DNA from: Octopus sinensis
Lineage: Eukaryota
NCBI RefSeq assembly: GCF_006345805.1
Contig: NC_043002.1
Location: 74,772,001-74,836,000 of the forward strand
Direction of reading: 5' to 3'
DNA length: 64,000 nucleotides
Shown: positions 38,633 through 51,514 of the stretch, in pieces
Numbering within the stretch: position 1 is the stretch's first letter
Layout of the letters: each line of letters starts with the position of its first letter
Program-made: the position numbers and the translations under genes
The notes under the pieces: model-generated
What the model saw: only the letters and a program-made list of their open reading frames with translations
What the model was told of the DNA's origin: nothing
The model's database searches: none

Positions 38633-38905
38633 AGGCATGGCTGTGTGGTAAGAAGTTTGCTTCCCAACGACATGGGTCCAGGTTCAGTCCCACTGTGTGT
38701 CACCTTGGGCAAGTGTTTCCCATTATAATTTAAGGTTAATCAGAGCCTTTCAGAAACTGAAAGAAGCCTGCCATGTGTGTGTATTTCTCCAGGAGGAAAA
38801 AAAAAAAAAAGAGGAAAATGTGTAGGGTCAATTCATTCAAGTAAAAATTCTTCAAGGCAGTGCCCCAGCATGGCCACAGTCTAATGACTGAAACAAGTAA
38901 AAGAT
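38633..38905 (+). mobile_element. Family A SINE, internally deleted
   Basis: Head, CACCTTGGGCAAGT and ATGACTGAAACAAGTAAAAG tail. Confidence 0.8.
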
Positions 38906-39112
38906 ACTGATACCTAGATCCTATGCTAAATCTTTTTCCAGAGATGCAGTGTGCGCTGTATTCTCTCACTGCCTTTGTTTTTCTTGGAATTGCTGGTATG
39001 TTGATTAATAATCACATCAGTCTTGCTAACCCACTTCTCAAGGGCTTTGGGGTTTAAAAAATAGCTATGAACATTACCTCAACTAGTATGATTTAACAGC
39101 TTTGTCTTTCGA

Positions 39113-39325
39113 AAGGTGGCAAGCTGGCAGTATCATTAGCATCTCAAACAGAATACTTAGTGGCATTTCTTCTCACTTCCTGTTCTGCGTTCAAATGCCA
39201 CTGAGGTTGACTTTACCTCTCATCCTTCTGAGGTTGATAAAATAAAGTTCTAGCCAAATACTGGAGTGATATAATCAACTTGTTCCTCCCTTCAAAACTG
39301 CTGGCCTAGTGCCAAAATTAAAAAG
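39113..39325 (+). mobile_element. SINE family B, degenerate
   Basis: AAGGTGGCAAGCTGGCAG head and central domain. Confidence 0.75.
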
Positions 39326-40281
39326 TATTTTCAATCCATTTTTTTATATAGGAATTTAGTGTATTCTCAATTCATTTCTACTCTTGTATGTATATTGCTT
39401 TGAGGTACTTTATGCATGAGTAAGAAATTAGAAGCATTTTTTTTGTAGTTTCTAGGAGTTTGTGTAGACATGTGCTTAATAGCTCCAGTTCAAGTGGAGG
39501 ACATAGAATTTACCACATCCTGGATGGAATGGTCATGTATTGCAGACCATTTATCTGGATGATAAAACTGAGGTGTTTATTACACTTCATGCAAAATATG
39601 CAATATGCTCTAAAAGAACAGTTTTATGGACAAAGACATTCAAGTCATGACCATCCTTGTCTTTTTATTCAGCTTGGTGTACACAGACCATGTCCAGTGT
39701 GTTGTTTGTTTTTAAAGATGGTTGGGTGTAACTTAAAGAGAGATTTGCTTGACTAACTGCATAGAGGTCCCTCTTTTGGCTCAAAGTGTCTGTAGTTATT
39801 TGATTGGTGGGTCTATGCTGGAAACCTAAAGGAGATTCATCTACATTTTATAATTTGTCACTGGTTGAATCACCACTGGTTGAAGCAAGTGTGCCACCAA
39901 TCAATCAATTAATAAAGTAATACTTTTATGCAGTTAGGAGGGATTTTATTCAGTAACCTAGAGCTCAAGATGGATTTGAACACTGAGAATTTGATGTGTG
40001 TGTAGGTGTGTGTTTGTGTGTGTGTATAGTGCATGTGTGATGTGTATGATGCTTGCATGTGTGGTTTATGCATGTGCACACATTTGATGTGTGTGTTGTG
40101 TGTAAGGAAAGGATTTAAATCAGTTCCTAACTTGAAATTCATCTTGATGTTGAAGAATGTTGCAGGTTAAATCAGTTTGTTCGCATTTCAATGCCAATAT
40201 TTTCATAATCTTTGAAGCTTTGTTCCTGCTCTGAAAAATTTATCACCCATATTATTCCTCCTTTGTTTTTTATTGCTGAGG

Positions 40282-40285
<4 letters not shown>

Positions 40286-40337
<52 letters not shown>
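40286..40337. repeat. (GA)n microsatellite
   Basis: Directly visible. Confidence 0.95.
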
Positions 40338-40340
<3 letters not shown>

Positions 40341-40659
40341 AAGTGGGTGGGAGTGTCCTTCCTTGTGTGACTTATGTTTTGAAACTGCAACAAATTGTGA
40401 CAGGAAGGCAGGTATTTGTATAGAACCTGGCTTTTTTTTTTCTTTGTGGTGTCTGGCAGAAAGGAATGAAGTAATGTGGTAGGCAGTTTGACTTATAGAT
40501 GTGTAACAATCTGGCAGGTGGTTTGACTTATAGGGGTGTCAACATTGCTGGAGTGATGAGGAGGGGGTGACTGTACTTAAAATGTCTTGTGCTGTAGGAC
40601 ACAGGTGCAAAATTCTTTTGAAAACTGAAAGTTAGAGGTGGCTGCAGAAGAAATAGATA

Positions 40660-41425
40660 GGCACAGGCATAGCTGTGTGGTTAAGATATTCAATTTGCAA
40701 CCATGTGGTTTCAGGTTTAGTACTGTTGTGTGAGACTTTGGGCAAGTGTCTTCTACTTTATCTCCAAACAACTGATGCCTTGTGATTAAATTTAGTAGAA
40801 GGAAACTGTGTGGAAACCCATCGTGTGTTTGTGTTTATTCCCCACTTCCACTACTTGACAACTAGTGTTGGTTTGTTTACATCCAATATAGGCACACATG
40901 TGGCTGTGTGGTAAGAAGCTTGCTTCTCAACCACATGGTTCTGGGTTCAGTCCCACTCCATGGCACCTTGAGTGAGTGTCATCTGCTATAGCCCTGGGCC
41001 AACCAAAGTTTTGTGAGTGGATTTGGTTGACAGAAACACACATAAATTACGATTTATGTGTGTTTGTCTTCCCACCACCGCTTGACAACCGATGTTGGTG
41101 TGTTTACAGTCCCGCAGTTTAGTGGTTCGGCAGATGAGACTGATAGAATAAGTACTAGGCTTACAAAGAATAAGTCCTGGGGGTCAGTTTCTTCAACTAA
41201 TAAAACCCTCTAAGGTAGTGCCCCAGCATGGCCACAGTCAAGCGACTGAAGTAAGTAAAAAAATAAAAGAATTCTCATAACTTAACAGCTTGGCAGAAGA
41301 AACTGATAGAAAATATACCATACTTAAAATAAGTACTGAAGACAATTTTTTGTTTTTCAGGCTCACCCTATAAGGTGGTTCATCCAATGTGGATGCAGCT
41401 CAGTGGCTGAAATGAGTAAAAGAAT
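40660..41425 (+). mobile_element. Family A SINE (40891-41270) nested inside an older family A SINE
   Basis: The outer copy breaks at GTTTACATCC (40884) and resumes at CATAACTTAAC (about 41276). Confidence 0.8.
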
Positions 41426-41554
41426 ATGTAAAATTTAGATTTATTTCCAAGCTTTGACCAGAGTGCCTGTTGAATAACTTATATAACATTAGAACATTAT
41501 ATCTATACAGATGATATAAATTTCATATGTTGAACTCTGCTCTATACCACTACA

Positions 41555-41750
41555 TGTTGTTTAGACCCAAGTCAGCCTTGATCAAGCTGGGCTCTGATCA
41601 GCTCATGCCAGCCATGGCCATCTCATCTTTTTCATTTTTTTTCTGACTGACAAGACCTCTAAGCAATGCCTTATTCATTATGCTCTTTTTTTGTCTTGAA
41701 GATGATTAGATATGGTTTAAGACAAATCTGGCTGCTGTTTCTAGCTCCTT
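41555..41750 (-). mobile_element. Repeat family D
   Basis: GTTGTTTAGACCCAAGTCAGCCTTGATC..CTGGCTGCTGTTTCTAGC. Confidence 0.7.
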
Positions 41751-41961
41751 CATGAATTTGACAAAAGTTTCTCTCTCTAGACCAAAGGAGTATAACATGT
41801 GGTTATCCTACATGGGGTTGCTATATGTGTGAGGGAAGAAGTAAACAGCTTGATGTTGAAATTGTAGATGAAAGAACTTATTAGAAGATAACATTTAATC
41901 TGAGATATAACATTTATCATAGATCTTCATTCTTAGACGCAAAAATTGATTATTAAGATTT

Positions 41962-42049
41962 ACATACATAAATACATACATACATACATACATACATACA
42001 TACATACATACATACATACATACATACATGCACACACACACATACACAC
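41962..42049. repeat. (TACA)n / (CA)n microsatellite
   Basis: Directly visible. Confidence 0.95.
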
Positions 42050-42124
42050 GTCTTTGTGATGCAAAGGGTTAAATATTGTTACTTTTCTTTGTTTCACTTT
42101 AAAAATAACTCTTGTCTCACATGA

Positions 42125-42932
<808 letters not shown>

Positions 42933-43794
42933 GTCATTCCTGTCATTATCTTGTGATCAATTTAGAAGTTGATTTAAATATTGAATATAGTGAAGAACTT
43001 TCTAGCAACAGAGCTGCTTGCGCAAGACTAATCTATAGCTATGTATTTGACTTTTGCTTGCTTGTTTCTCATTGTTGATATTGGATTTTATTTATTTATT
43101 ATTATTATTTTTATCTGTTTTCTTTTTTCTGTTGCTTAATTTTCCTTTTTGTTAACTAATGAAAATTAGATTTTTAATTTTGATTTAGTTATGTTGACAC
43201 TTTTAAATTAATGAACATTTGAACATTTTATTCATTTATTTATTATTTTTTCCCCCAAATGTTCTTTGTCGGAATATTTTAATTATTAAATGGCTGAATT
43301 CTTTTAATGATTGTAATTCGGAATTATAGCTGACTTTGATATATGGCAAAGGTCTATTCTTTTTCGTTATGAAAGCTTTTTACTTCCATAGTTCAAAAGC
43401 CTATATAGCTTACCTTATCGATGATGATAGTGCTGATGATGATTGCCTGGGTTACGCAGGTCATGACACGCAATACTACTACTTCTAATACTACTACTAC
43501 TAATAAAAGAACAGCAATAAAAGCCCTCTTACAAACCTATAACAGCTCCACTTGTTTTTCTTAGTAGTTAGTCAAGCTGTTGAATCTGAAATTAATTTAA
43601 TAGAATAATTTCTCTCTTTAATTACACATACCTGAACATAGATACACAGACACAGATACACATGCACATACCTCATTATAGATTTCATGTCTATTTCATT
43701 CAATATATATTACAAAAATATGGTTCTAGAGAAAGAGAAAGTACGTTTTATTAAATACAGTTTATTGGAAAGCATTTTGCTGTTGTTCTTTATG

Positions 43795-44420
43795 TCATCA
43801 TCATCATCATCATTTCTACATTGGTTTCATTTTTCCCATGCTTGCATGGGTTGTATGGGTCTTCTTTTGTCTAGGAGTTCACCACCTGTTGCAGTCATTT
43901 GCATCTCCTTTGTGAGGTTCAGCTTATTGAGCATAGTTTCCACTGCTTCTTCCTGTACCTTTTCAGTCTTTCTCTTTCACCGTTTTCTCCTTCCACCTGA
44001 TTTGCTTGACTCTTCTTTGTTCACTTGTCACCTTCATCTGCATCACATCTCTGTACCAGCTCAACCCTGTCACGTGCACAACACTGAACTGATTCCTCTT
44101 TTATCCAGTTTATAATAATTTTCTTTAATTGCTTCATTTTGTCTCTTTATCATCTCTGTTGCCCTCTTTGTTTTCATCTTTCCTGCCCTTCTCAGTTTTT
44201 CAATCTTCTCTCATGCTTTAACCCTGCTCTTCTCCATAACTCCTTCATCTGCTACATTATCTCCACCTTCCTGCATACTAACTGCATCTCTGTGCTATCT
44301 TCAATCCCTCCACATTATCTTTGTCACACTTGTCTTCCTCCACTGCAGCCAAATGTTCTCTTATTGTCCATTTCCATCATCTATTTGATTCCCGTGTTAT
44401 ATCCCTTATTTCTGTCATCC
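43795..44420 (-). mobile_element. Degenerate RTE LINE ORF C-terminus and 3' tail
   Basis: Minus strand gives LKIAQR, RLSWY..VM (compare RLRWFGHV), VEG, LNKLNLTKEM, then CCCATGCAAGCATGG and (ATG)n. Confidence 0.7.
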
Positions 44421-44981
44421 ATAACATCATTACTGTGGTCTTCATTATCTTGTCCCCAACATGGCCACTTATGACTGTTGTTTGAGTTAATCAACAGTTA
44501 GACATTCCAGCCAGTAATATCTTCATATTTTTTCTGACACAGTGTATGTGAGACTACATTATTTCAACATACCTCTTTATTCGTAAACCAATAAGATGTC
44601 GTTTGAGGAAGATTTAATTGCTTGTTAGTAGTTAGTGGTGGTGATGTTGTTTCTGATAACTGTGATGGTAGTTATAATGATGTGTTGGTATGTTGTGTTT
44701 TAGCCTCAGGCTGGCCTTCATTGAACAGACTAAAAGTGAATTAGCTGAGTCATTTGAGCATAGGAGAGAATGCCTCGCATTATTTGTTTTGACTCCCTGA
44801 ATTCTGAGTTCAAATTCTGCTGAGGTCAGCATTTCCTAAATGCAATGTTGACCATGACACTCTATGATGGTGAACTGGTGGAACTGTAAGGATGTTGAAC
44901 CAGACACCTGGCAGTATTTCTTGTGGCTCTTTACAAGCTGTGTTCAAATTCTGTTATGGCTTACATGGGTGGTAGACTGAA

Positions 44982-45184
44982 CCCTTTACCATTCAAATTA
45001 CTCTGTCGAATGTAATGCTTATTTATTCATTATTTGGCATTAATCGTGCAAGATTTTGATGATGTGAATGTTTACTTTTAGAACGACATTCTAGGGTAGG
45101 TGTGAGAAACCAGATCTGACCAGTTTGAACATAAAACAAGTAAAATATAATGGACCGGATATGGTCAGTTTAAATGCTAAAGGG
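44982..45184 (+). mobile_element. piggyBac-like TTAA MITE
   Basis: TGAA-CCCTTTACCATT ... AATGCTAAAGGG-TTAA. Confidence 0.8.
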
Positions 45185-46888
45185 TTAATTTGTCCTCTAG
45201 TTTAATGCCAGTAGCTGGTACTTTCGGTGCCTTCAGCAAAGTCCATTCTGTTGCAAACATTTGAGCCTGGTCTCTAGTTTGAGGATATATTCTTCCTATT
45301 CCCACCATTCTTGGAGGACTTTTGAAGGACCATGGGCACCACCTTCCAACTTCATGCAAAGATTAAAAAAACCTCCCAAAAATGTTATGCAATCTTTTTT
45401 TTTATGTTGTTTATAGAGTATCTAGTGCTATATTTCCGATAAGTCCTTTTGTACTTTTTTTTAATAAAATTAGAATGTGATTAGAGAGAAATTTGGCAGT
45501 TATTTCTAGCAAGTTTAAATGACCATGTTTGCTAATTACTTTATTACTTGTGGTGGTGGTGGTGGTGGTGGTGGTGGTTGTTGTTGTGGTGGTTGTGTTT
45601 GTGTTGGTAGCTGCCTGTGTTGATGGCAACAATGGTGGTGTTAGTGATATTACATATAGTCTTTTGCGTTTCATACTAAGTAATTAAAATTTTACGAGAC
45701 AACGTCCAAACAAATGAAACAAACAATTGTACAAACCCATGTTATATAAAAGTACAGAATTAAAATAATAATTATTAGCAAAGACAGAAATGAGGAATGG
45801 TGGTGGTGGGGTGGGGGTGGGGTGAAAAATAAAAAGATAAAAAACCCTCCAAACAAATATAACAAAACAAAGAAAAAAAAACCGAAAACCTAATACAAAA
45901 GCAATAGAGAACGGAGGTGGCAGTTTGTGGTGGCGGTAAGAGGTGGTGGTGCATATTGTGGTGATAGTTGGTTGGGTATGAGAGGTAAAGGCGGGTGGAA
46001 TAGAAATCTTTGAAATCTGACATTTGGAATAATTGATTTTCTGTTTAATTGAAATAAATAGAAATGAGAAGTCTAGCAATTTAATTTTTCAATCTCTCTC
46101 TTTCTCTCTCTCTCTATATATATATATGTGTGTATATGTATGTATGTATATGTATATATATATATATATATATAAAACAAGAACATATATAGATATGGAC
46201 ACACATATAGTTCACTTTTCCCTTTTTGGGAGATTTTATTTAAAATTTTTCACAATTTCAAATCTATTCAAAAATACACCAAGCAGATTCGGCACTGATT
46301 CTCTCTTTGCTATTGGCCAGCCTAAATCTGACTTGCCTTGTGGTTGTTGTTGCCCATTGTTTTCTTTTGTTTTTTTCTTTTTAGTGTTTAATTATTATTT
46401 TGTAAATACTTTGTTTCAACTTTTCCTTCTTTTTCTTCCAATAACGGATATTATGGAATAATTTCTTTATTTATGCGGAGTGGCCTATAAATGTGACAAC
46501 TTTTCAATTACTTCTTGTGAATTAATTAATGGCCAGTAAACTTGGTTAAATCTCTGGCTATTTGAAATTTATTGATGGAAATCTGTTTTGCTTTTTGCAA
46601 AAATTTGTTTTTTATTTCATGTGTGTGTGTTTGTGCATGTACATGCATGTGTTTTGTGTGTGTACATGTGTATGTGGATGTGATCATGTATGTGTATACA
46701 TTTCCGTGCTTTGTATATAGGTATTAATGAATCGTGTACTATGTTTCTATGCGAGTATAAATATGTGTGGTTAAATGTATATATACATATTTGTATGAGT
46801 GTGTTTATGTATTTGTGTATGTACATTTGTGTGTATATGTATTCATGTATATGTATACATGTATATGCATCTCTGTATACATCATCAA

Positions 46889-47200
46889 ACATCATTTGTT
46901 GTCTGTTTTCCATGCTGGTATGGATAGGACTGTTTGCCAGGGAAATGGCAAGCTGCAGGGTTGTATTGGCATAGTTTCTATGGCTTAATGCCCTTCCTGG
47001 TGCCACTCACTTTACAGATTGCATTAGGTGCTATTTTTGTGCCACTGGCACTTGTGAGGTTGCTATGTAACTTGCAAGATAGAAAAGAACAGAAAAGGCG
47101 GAGTTCCTACTACTAAGAAGTATTTGGGAGGGAAAGTTAATGGCTGTGTGTCTGGTATTGAAAGGCTAAAGTATGACAGAGGGACAAGCACAGGTGTCTT
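46889..47200 (-). mobile_element. RTE-type 3'UTR fragment
   Basis: TTTTCCATGCTGGTATGG..ATGCCCTTCCTG..TTTTTGTGCCACTGGCAC. Confidence 0.65.
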
Positions 47201-47471
47201 ATGTGTATATATGTGTGTTGTGTGTCACATTATTTAAAGATTCATAGAAGGGAAATACAAAAGAAAAAAAAAAAAATCCTCCAGATCATGTGGGTGCTTT
47301 CTTTCTCAATATGGCTGGTTTTCATTGGCTGATGATTGAGGCTCATGCTCACTGGCTTGTTCAGGTCATGTGATAGAATTAGTGGCTGTTAACTGCTACT
47401 GTGTAAAACTGCTACTGGCTGGCGATGAAATACATGGTTGGTGACTGCTACTGTATGGAAGGTAACTTTTA

Positions 47472-47691
47472 CACTTTAGCATTTAAACTGACCATATCTG
47501 GCCCAAATATTCCAACTGTTTTATGTTCATATTGGCTAAAACTGACCTCTCACACCTTTCCCACAATGTTATTCGAAAAATATATAATCACATCATTGGA
47601 ATCTTGAAGCTACAAGAAAATGTAGGATTAACTCAAGATAATGTGGCGAAATATGCATTACATTTGACAAAGAAATCTGAATGCTAATGGG
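47472..47691 (-). mobile_element. piggyBac-like TTAA MITE
   Basis: Reverse complement of 44982-45184, ending AATGCTAATGGG-TTAA. Confidence 0.8.
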
Positions 47692-48198
47692 TTAATATGT
47701 TGTACAAAAGTAGTCTTCTTTGTTCTCCTTAGAAATTCTTGAATTAAGAGTAAAATTTATGGAAGATTGAGGAAGTAAGGTTAATGATGACATCAGGAAA
47801 GTTTTATGAAAGTTGATAATAGCTTGGAATTAGTCCCATTGCTGGCAATAGAAAAACAGTTCAGATTTTATCAAAGGAGAGTCTTTCTGTTGATATGCTA
47901 ATGATGATGATGACTTTTAATGACCATATTCCCACACTTGCATGAATCTGATGGATCAAGGCTCAGTATCTGAACAATGTTTAATTTCCATTTTCCTATA
48001 ATTCCTATATTCTTGTCTGTTTACATCAAGGCTGGCCAACTTGAGGCCCACGAGCTGCATGCAGCCTGCAGACTTTTATCTTGCAGTCTGCTTGATACCT
48101 TCTTGGAATACAGTTCTATATTTAAGAGATGAGGAATTATGTACATTATTTACATTACTTACATTCGACAGATATTTGTCCTCATCTTGTTTGTTGTT

Positions 48199-48244
48199 AA
48201 CACAACATTTCGGCTGATATACCCTCCAACCTTCTTCAGGTGTT
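48199..48244 (-). ncRNA. Minimal type I hammerhead ribozyme motif (near-intact)
   Basis: Minus strand reads AACAC-CUGAAGA-A-GGUUG-(10 nt)-CAGCC-GAAA-U-GUU-GUGUU. Stems I and II pair and both core boxes are intact. Confidence 0.65.
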
Positions 48245-48293
48245 TTGGGGAAATTTCGAACCTGGGTTTTCATTCCTAAGGTTATTACTCCAA

Positions 48294-48338
48294 GACACCC
48301 GAAGAAGCTGGAGGGTATATCAGCCAAAACGTTGTGTT
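48294..48338 (+). ncRNA. Degenerate hammerhead motif (two core mutations)
   Basis: GACAC-CCGAAGA-A-GCUG-(10 nt)-CAGCC-AAAAC-GUU-GUGUU, with U4 to C and G12 to A. Confidence 0.55.
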
Positions 48339-49989
48339 AACAACAAACAAGATGAGGACAAATATCCTTCGAATGTAAATAATGTACCTTCTTGAAGTAT
48401 TGCGTTTAATTTTAAAATAAAATTGTTTGTGTAAAACATTTGTTTCAAAATAAGTTTGAAATTTATGAGTGGCAATAAAGCAATTGCCTATGATTTTATG
48501 ATTTTAAACAAACAAAAAGTATGAAAAATTCTTGATTCGGTAATGAAGTATACAAACGGTCCTCAAAAAACTTTCTGTGATTAAAGTGGCCCACAATGTA
48601 ATTGGAGTTGGCCAGGCCTGGTTTAGATGCTTTGTTTTATTAAGATCATTGAAACAGTTTTAATGAAAGATTCGAAATATCTTGAATTGTATAGGGTGGT
48701 TTAAATCTTGAAGAGTTAGGCCACCCTATACAATGAATCGTGTGTGTGTGTAAAAATATGAAAGATACAATAAATTATTAATTATAATTGACTTTACTCT
48801 TTCTGGTAAATTTTTTTAACCCTCTAAAGTAGGTGAAAAGGAAGAGTGATTTGCTTTGCTCAGCTATGAAGCATCAGGATTTATTCTGCCTATATATAAT
48901 ACTTTCTGATGCAGTCCATTCTTGAAGGGCCTGCAGTACTCTAGGCTGAGTACGTGAAGAAACAATTATCTTTGTACCTGTGAGTGTAAAGGGTGGCTGC
49001 AGAAGTTTGGTGATGTAATTTAGTGAGTGTAAGGTTCTGATGAAACAGGAAAATGCCTCACAGTCGGATTTGGTTGTGTTTATTAGATGTAATCTGAGAG
49101 ATTTACAGCTCACAGTATAAATCATCTAAGGGCAGATAATTGGGAGAAATCAATATTATAGATCTGGCCAACATTTGCCAAAAGGATTTAGGAGAGAAAT
49201 CTGAAACAGCTCAAAATTCTCAGAAGATGCATGCACGCGTGGGGAGAGAGAGAGAGAGAGAGCGAGCTATATTGCTTGAATGGGAGATACTCTAATATAC
49301 TTTACAGTTAATATTTTGGATAGATAAATTCATAGGATTTATCTATCCAGAATATAGCTATTGGAATGAAAAGTAGATTCTGAACAACCTATTAAAGTCC
49401 TTATAATCTTTGGATCAATTCATAATAAATCTGATTATGCCGGCTTATTAATCAATACCAGTCTGTTGAAGTTGTCTCATTTTTTTTTCTATCCTCCTTA
49501 GTTTTCTCTTAGATATCGTAAGTAGGTTTATTCATTGCCACCCACTTTAAGTGCTTTTTTTCTCAATGTTTCCTGTATTTACAAGTTTTAGTGTTTTAAA
49601 AAATTAATGGTGGCTCTCAAATGATTTCTTCCCTCCAGATGTCCAACTTTAAGATTAGTGCTCCCTTCCTATAATTTGCTTAATGAGTATATGAACAATT
49701 AGTGTTGGATAGTTGGATTTGTTAGCCACTACCCTTCACTATACAAACATCTTGAATTCAAAGGGAGTGGAGAACAAAAAAGATATTCTGTGCAGAAAGT
49801 TTGATGTTGATGCTGCCTACATTGTTTTCAGCCTACCATAGCCAACCACATTAGGCTAATTTCACCTGCTACTTTTGTTACCCCATACTGCATTCTGCTT
49901 GAACTCTTCTGATATCTTTTTATTAATTTGGGTCTACTGTTCTTCAATCAATTTGAAGCTGATATGCATCACGTTTTTTCCATTGTTAG

Positions 49990-50402
49990 TTCATTATCAT
50001 TTTGATGTTCACTCTTTTGTGCTCGCATGGGCTGGATAGAGCTTGAGTTAGATTTTCTATAGCCAGATGCCCTTTCTGTTGCTAACCCTCATCTGTTCTT
50101 AAGCAAGGAATATTTCCCCTTGGCCAGACATATTTTCAGAGAAGACTGGAAATGAATGATCCTGCCTGTATAAACAGTGACACTCATTTACAACTGTCAT
50201 TCAAGACAAGGTGGCACATACATACTCACTCACACGTGTGTGTATGTGTTTGTTTGTGCCCCCTCTCCCCCCGCTTTCTCCAGGTTCTGTCAAACAAATC
50301 CACTTGCAATGTTTTGGTCAGCTTGCCTAAGGTGCTATACAGTGGGACTGAGCCTGAAAATATGCGGTTGAGAAGCAAGTTTCTTAATCATGCAGCCATA
50401 CC
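49990..50402 (-). mobile_element. Family A SINE with RTE-type tail, full length
   Basis: CAT tail, AATATTTCCCC, CAAATCCAC, GGGACTGAGCC, GCAGCCATACC head. Confidence 0.75.
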
Positions 50403-50959
50403 TTTAGTTACCGATGCACAAAAATAATGGTTGAATCTTTTGATCATGGGAATGATATGAGAAAATAAATATTCAAAAGACTAGTAATCTATACCTTGTT
50501 GCTAGTGCATTGTTGAGTTTGAGGCCATGGTTTTCAAATATAAAATTTCCTTGTTTGCGCAACTGTAAGATAAGTTCAGAGAATAGGAATGGCTCAGAAC
50601 ATTGTAACAATGTTAGTTTTGTCAAATTTGGCAAGTGGTAGTTTTGACTTCAACATCCTCTGTCAATCTTTTGATATATCCTGAAGAGGAGGAGGCTCTA
50701 GTGTGCTGATTTCCTCTAGGTAGACAATATGAAGAAGATACAGACTGCAGTTATTCTCTATGATTCAAGGATTGTGGAATTTACCACGAAAAGGTGAAAT
50801 ACTTGTTTTATATAGCTGTTGTTTAACCTCAGTCCAACCATAATTGAATAGATCTATGATTGAAGGCATTTTAGCTCTGACTACCCTGCAGTCTTCTATT
50901 CATACATGGTATACTCTGAACTATGTTATCTAAATATGTCCCTAAGGTGTTAGAAAATG

Positions 50960-51332
50960 GTTTGGTTATGTGGTTAAGAAATTTGCTTTCCAACCACAAG
51001 GTTATGTGTCCAGTCCCACTGTGTGCCACCTTAGGCAAATGTCTTTTACTATAACCCCAGACCATGTGAGTATATTTGGTTGACAGAAGCTGAAAGAAGA
51101 CTATCATGTGTGTCCATCCTTGTTTTGATGTCTGTTAATTGCAAATGTATGCCACTCTCATACGAGGAGTGTCATTTCAAAATATTCAGTGCAAATATGT
51201 CTGTCCATGGGGAAATATTACTTTGCTTGTGGGTTGTCGACATGAAGGGCATCTGGTCATAGAAAATCTGCTCCAATAAACTCCATCTGACCCATGAATT
51301 CATGGAATAGTGGGCATTAAAACAATGATGAA
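50960..51332 (+). mobile_element. Family A SINE with RTE-type tail, full length
   Basis: Head, CACCTTAGGCAAAT, GGGGAAATATTAC, GAAGGGCATC, ATGATGA tail. Confidence 0.75.
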
Positions 51333-51514
51333 CAAACCATGTTGAACAAACCATGTTGGGGCTCTTGCATTTGCTTGTGTTGTTATTAGAGGCGGTGTCA
51401 TTAGTGTCTGATATTATTGATGCTGGTTTGGAGAGGTGGTGCTGGTGGTGAGAATTGTTCCTTGCACATGCATAACACTACTATTTGAAGAAGAGGGTTA
51501 TAATCTATCAAATA

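Larger units (their letters stand above)
48106..48387. mobile_element. Penelope-like inverted pLTR fragment
   Basis: Inverted arms of about 100 bp (48141-48250, 48288-48387), flanking repeat taccttcttg (48096-48105, 48385-48394), and a hammerhead motif in each arm. Confidence 0.75.
48027..48620. mobile_element. hAT (Charlie/Buster-type) MITE hosting a fold-back insert
   Basis: TIRs CAAGGCTGGCCAAC / GTTGGCCAGGCCTG and TSD gtttacat / gtttagat. Confidence 0.82.

Noticed and set aside
50720-50793. Possible 74-nt exon (ttcctctag ... aag|gtgaaa, VDNMKKIQTAVILYDSRIVEFTTK)
   Set aside because: Short pyrimidine tract, mediocre donor and no recognisable protein. It cannot be supported without RNA data.
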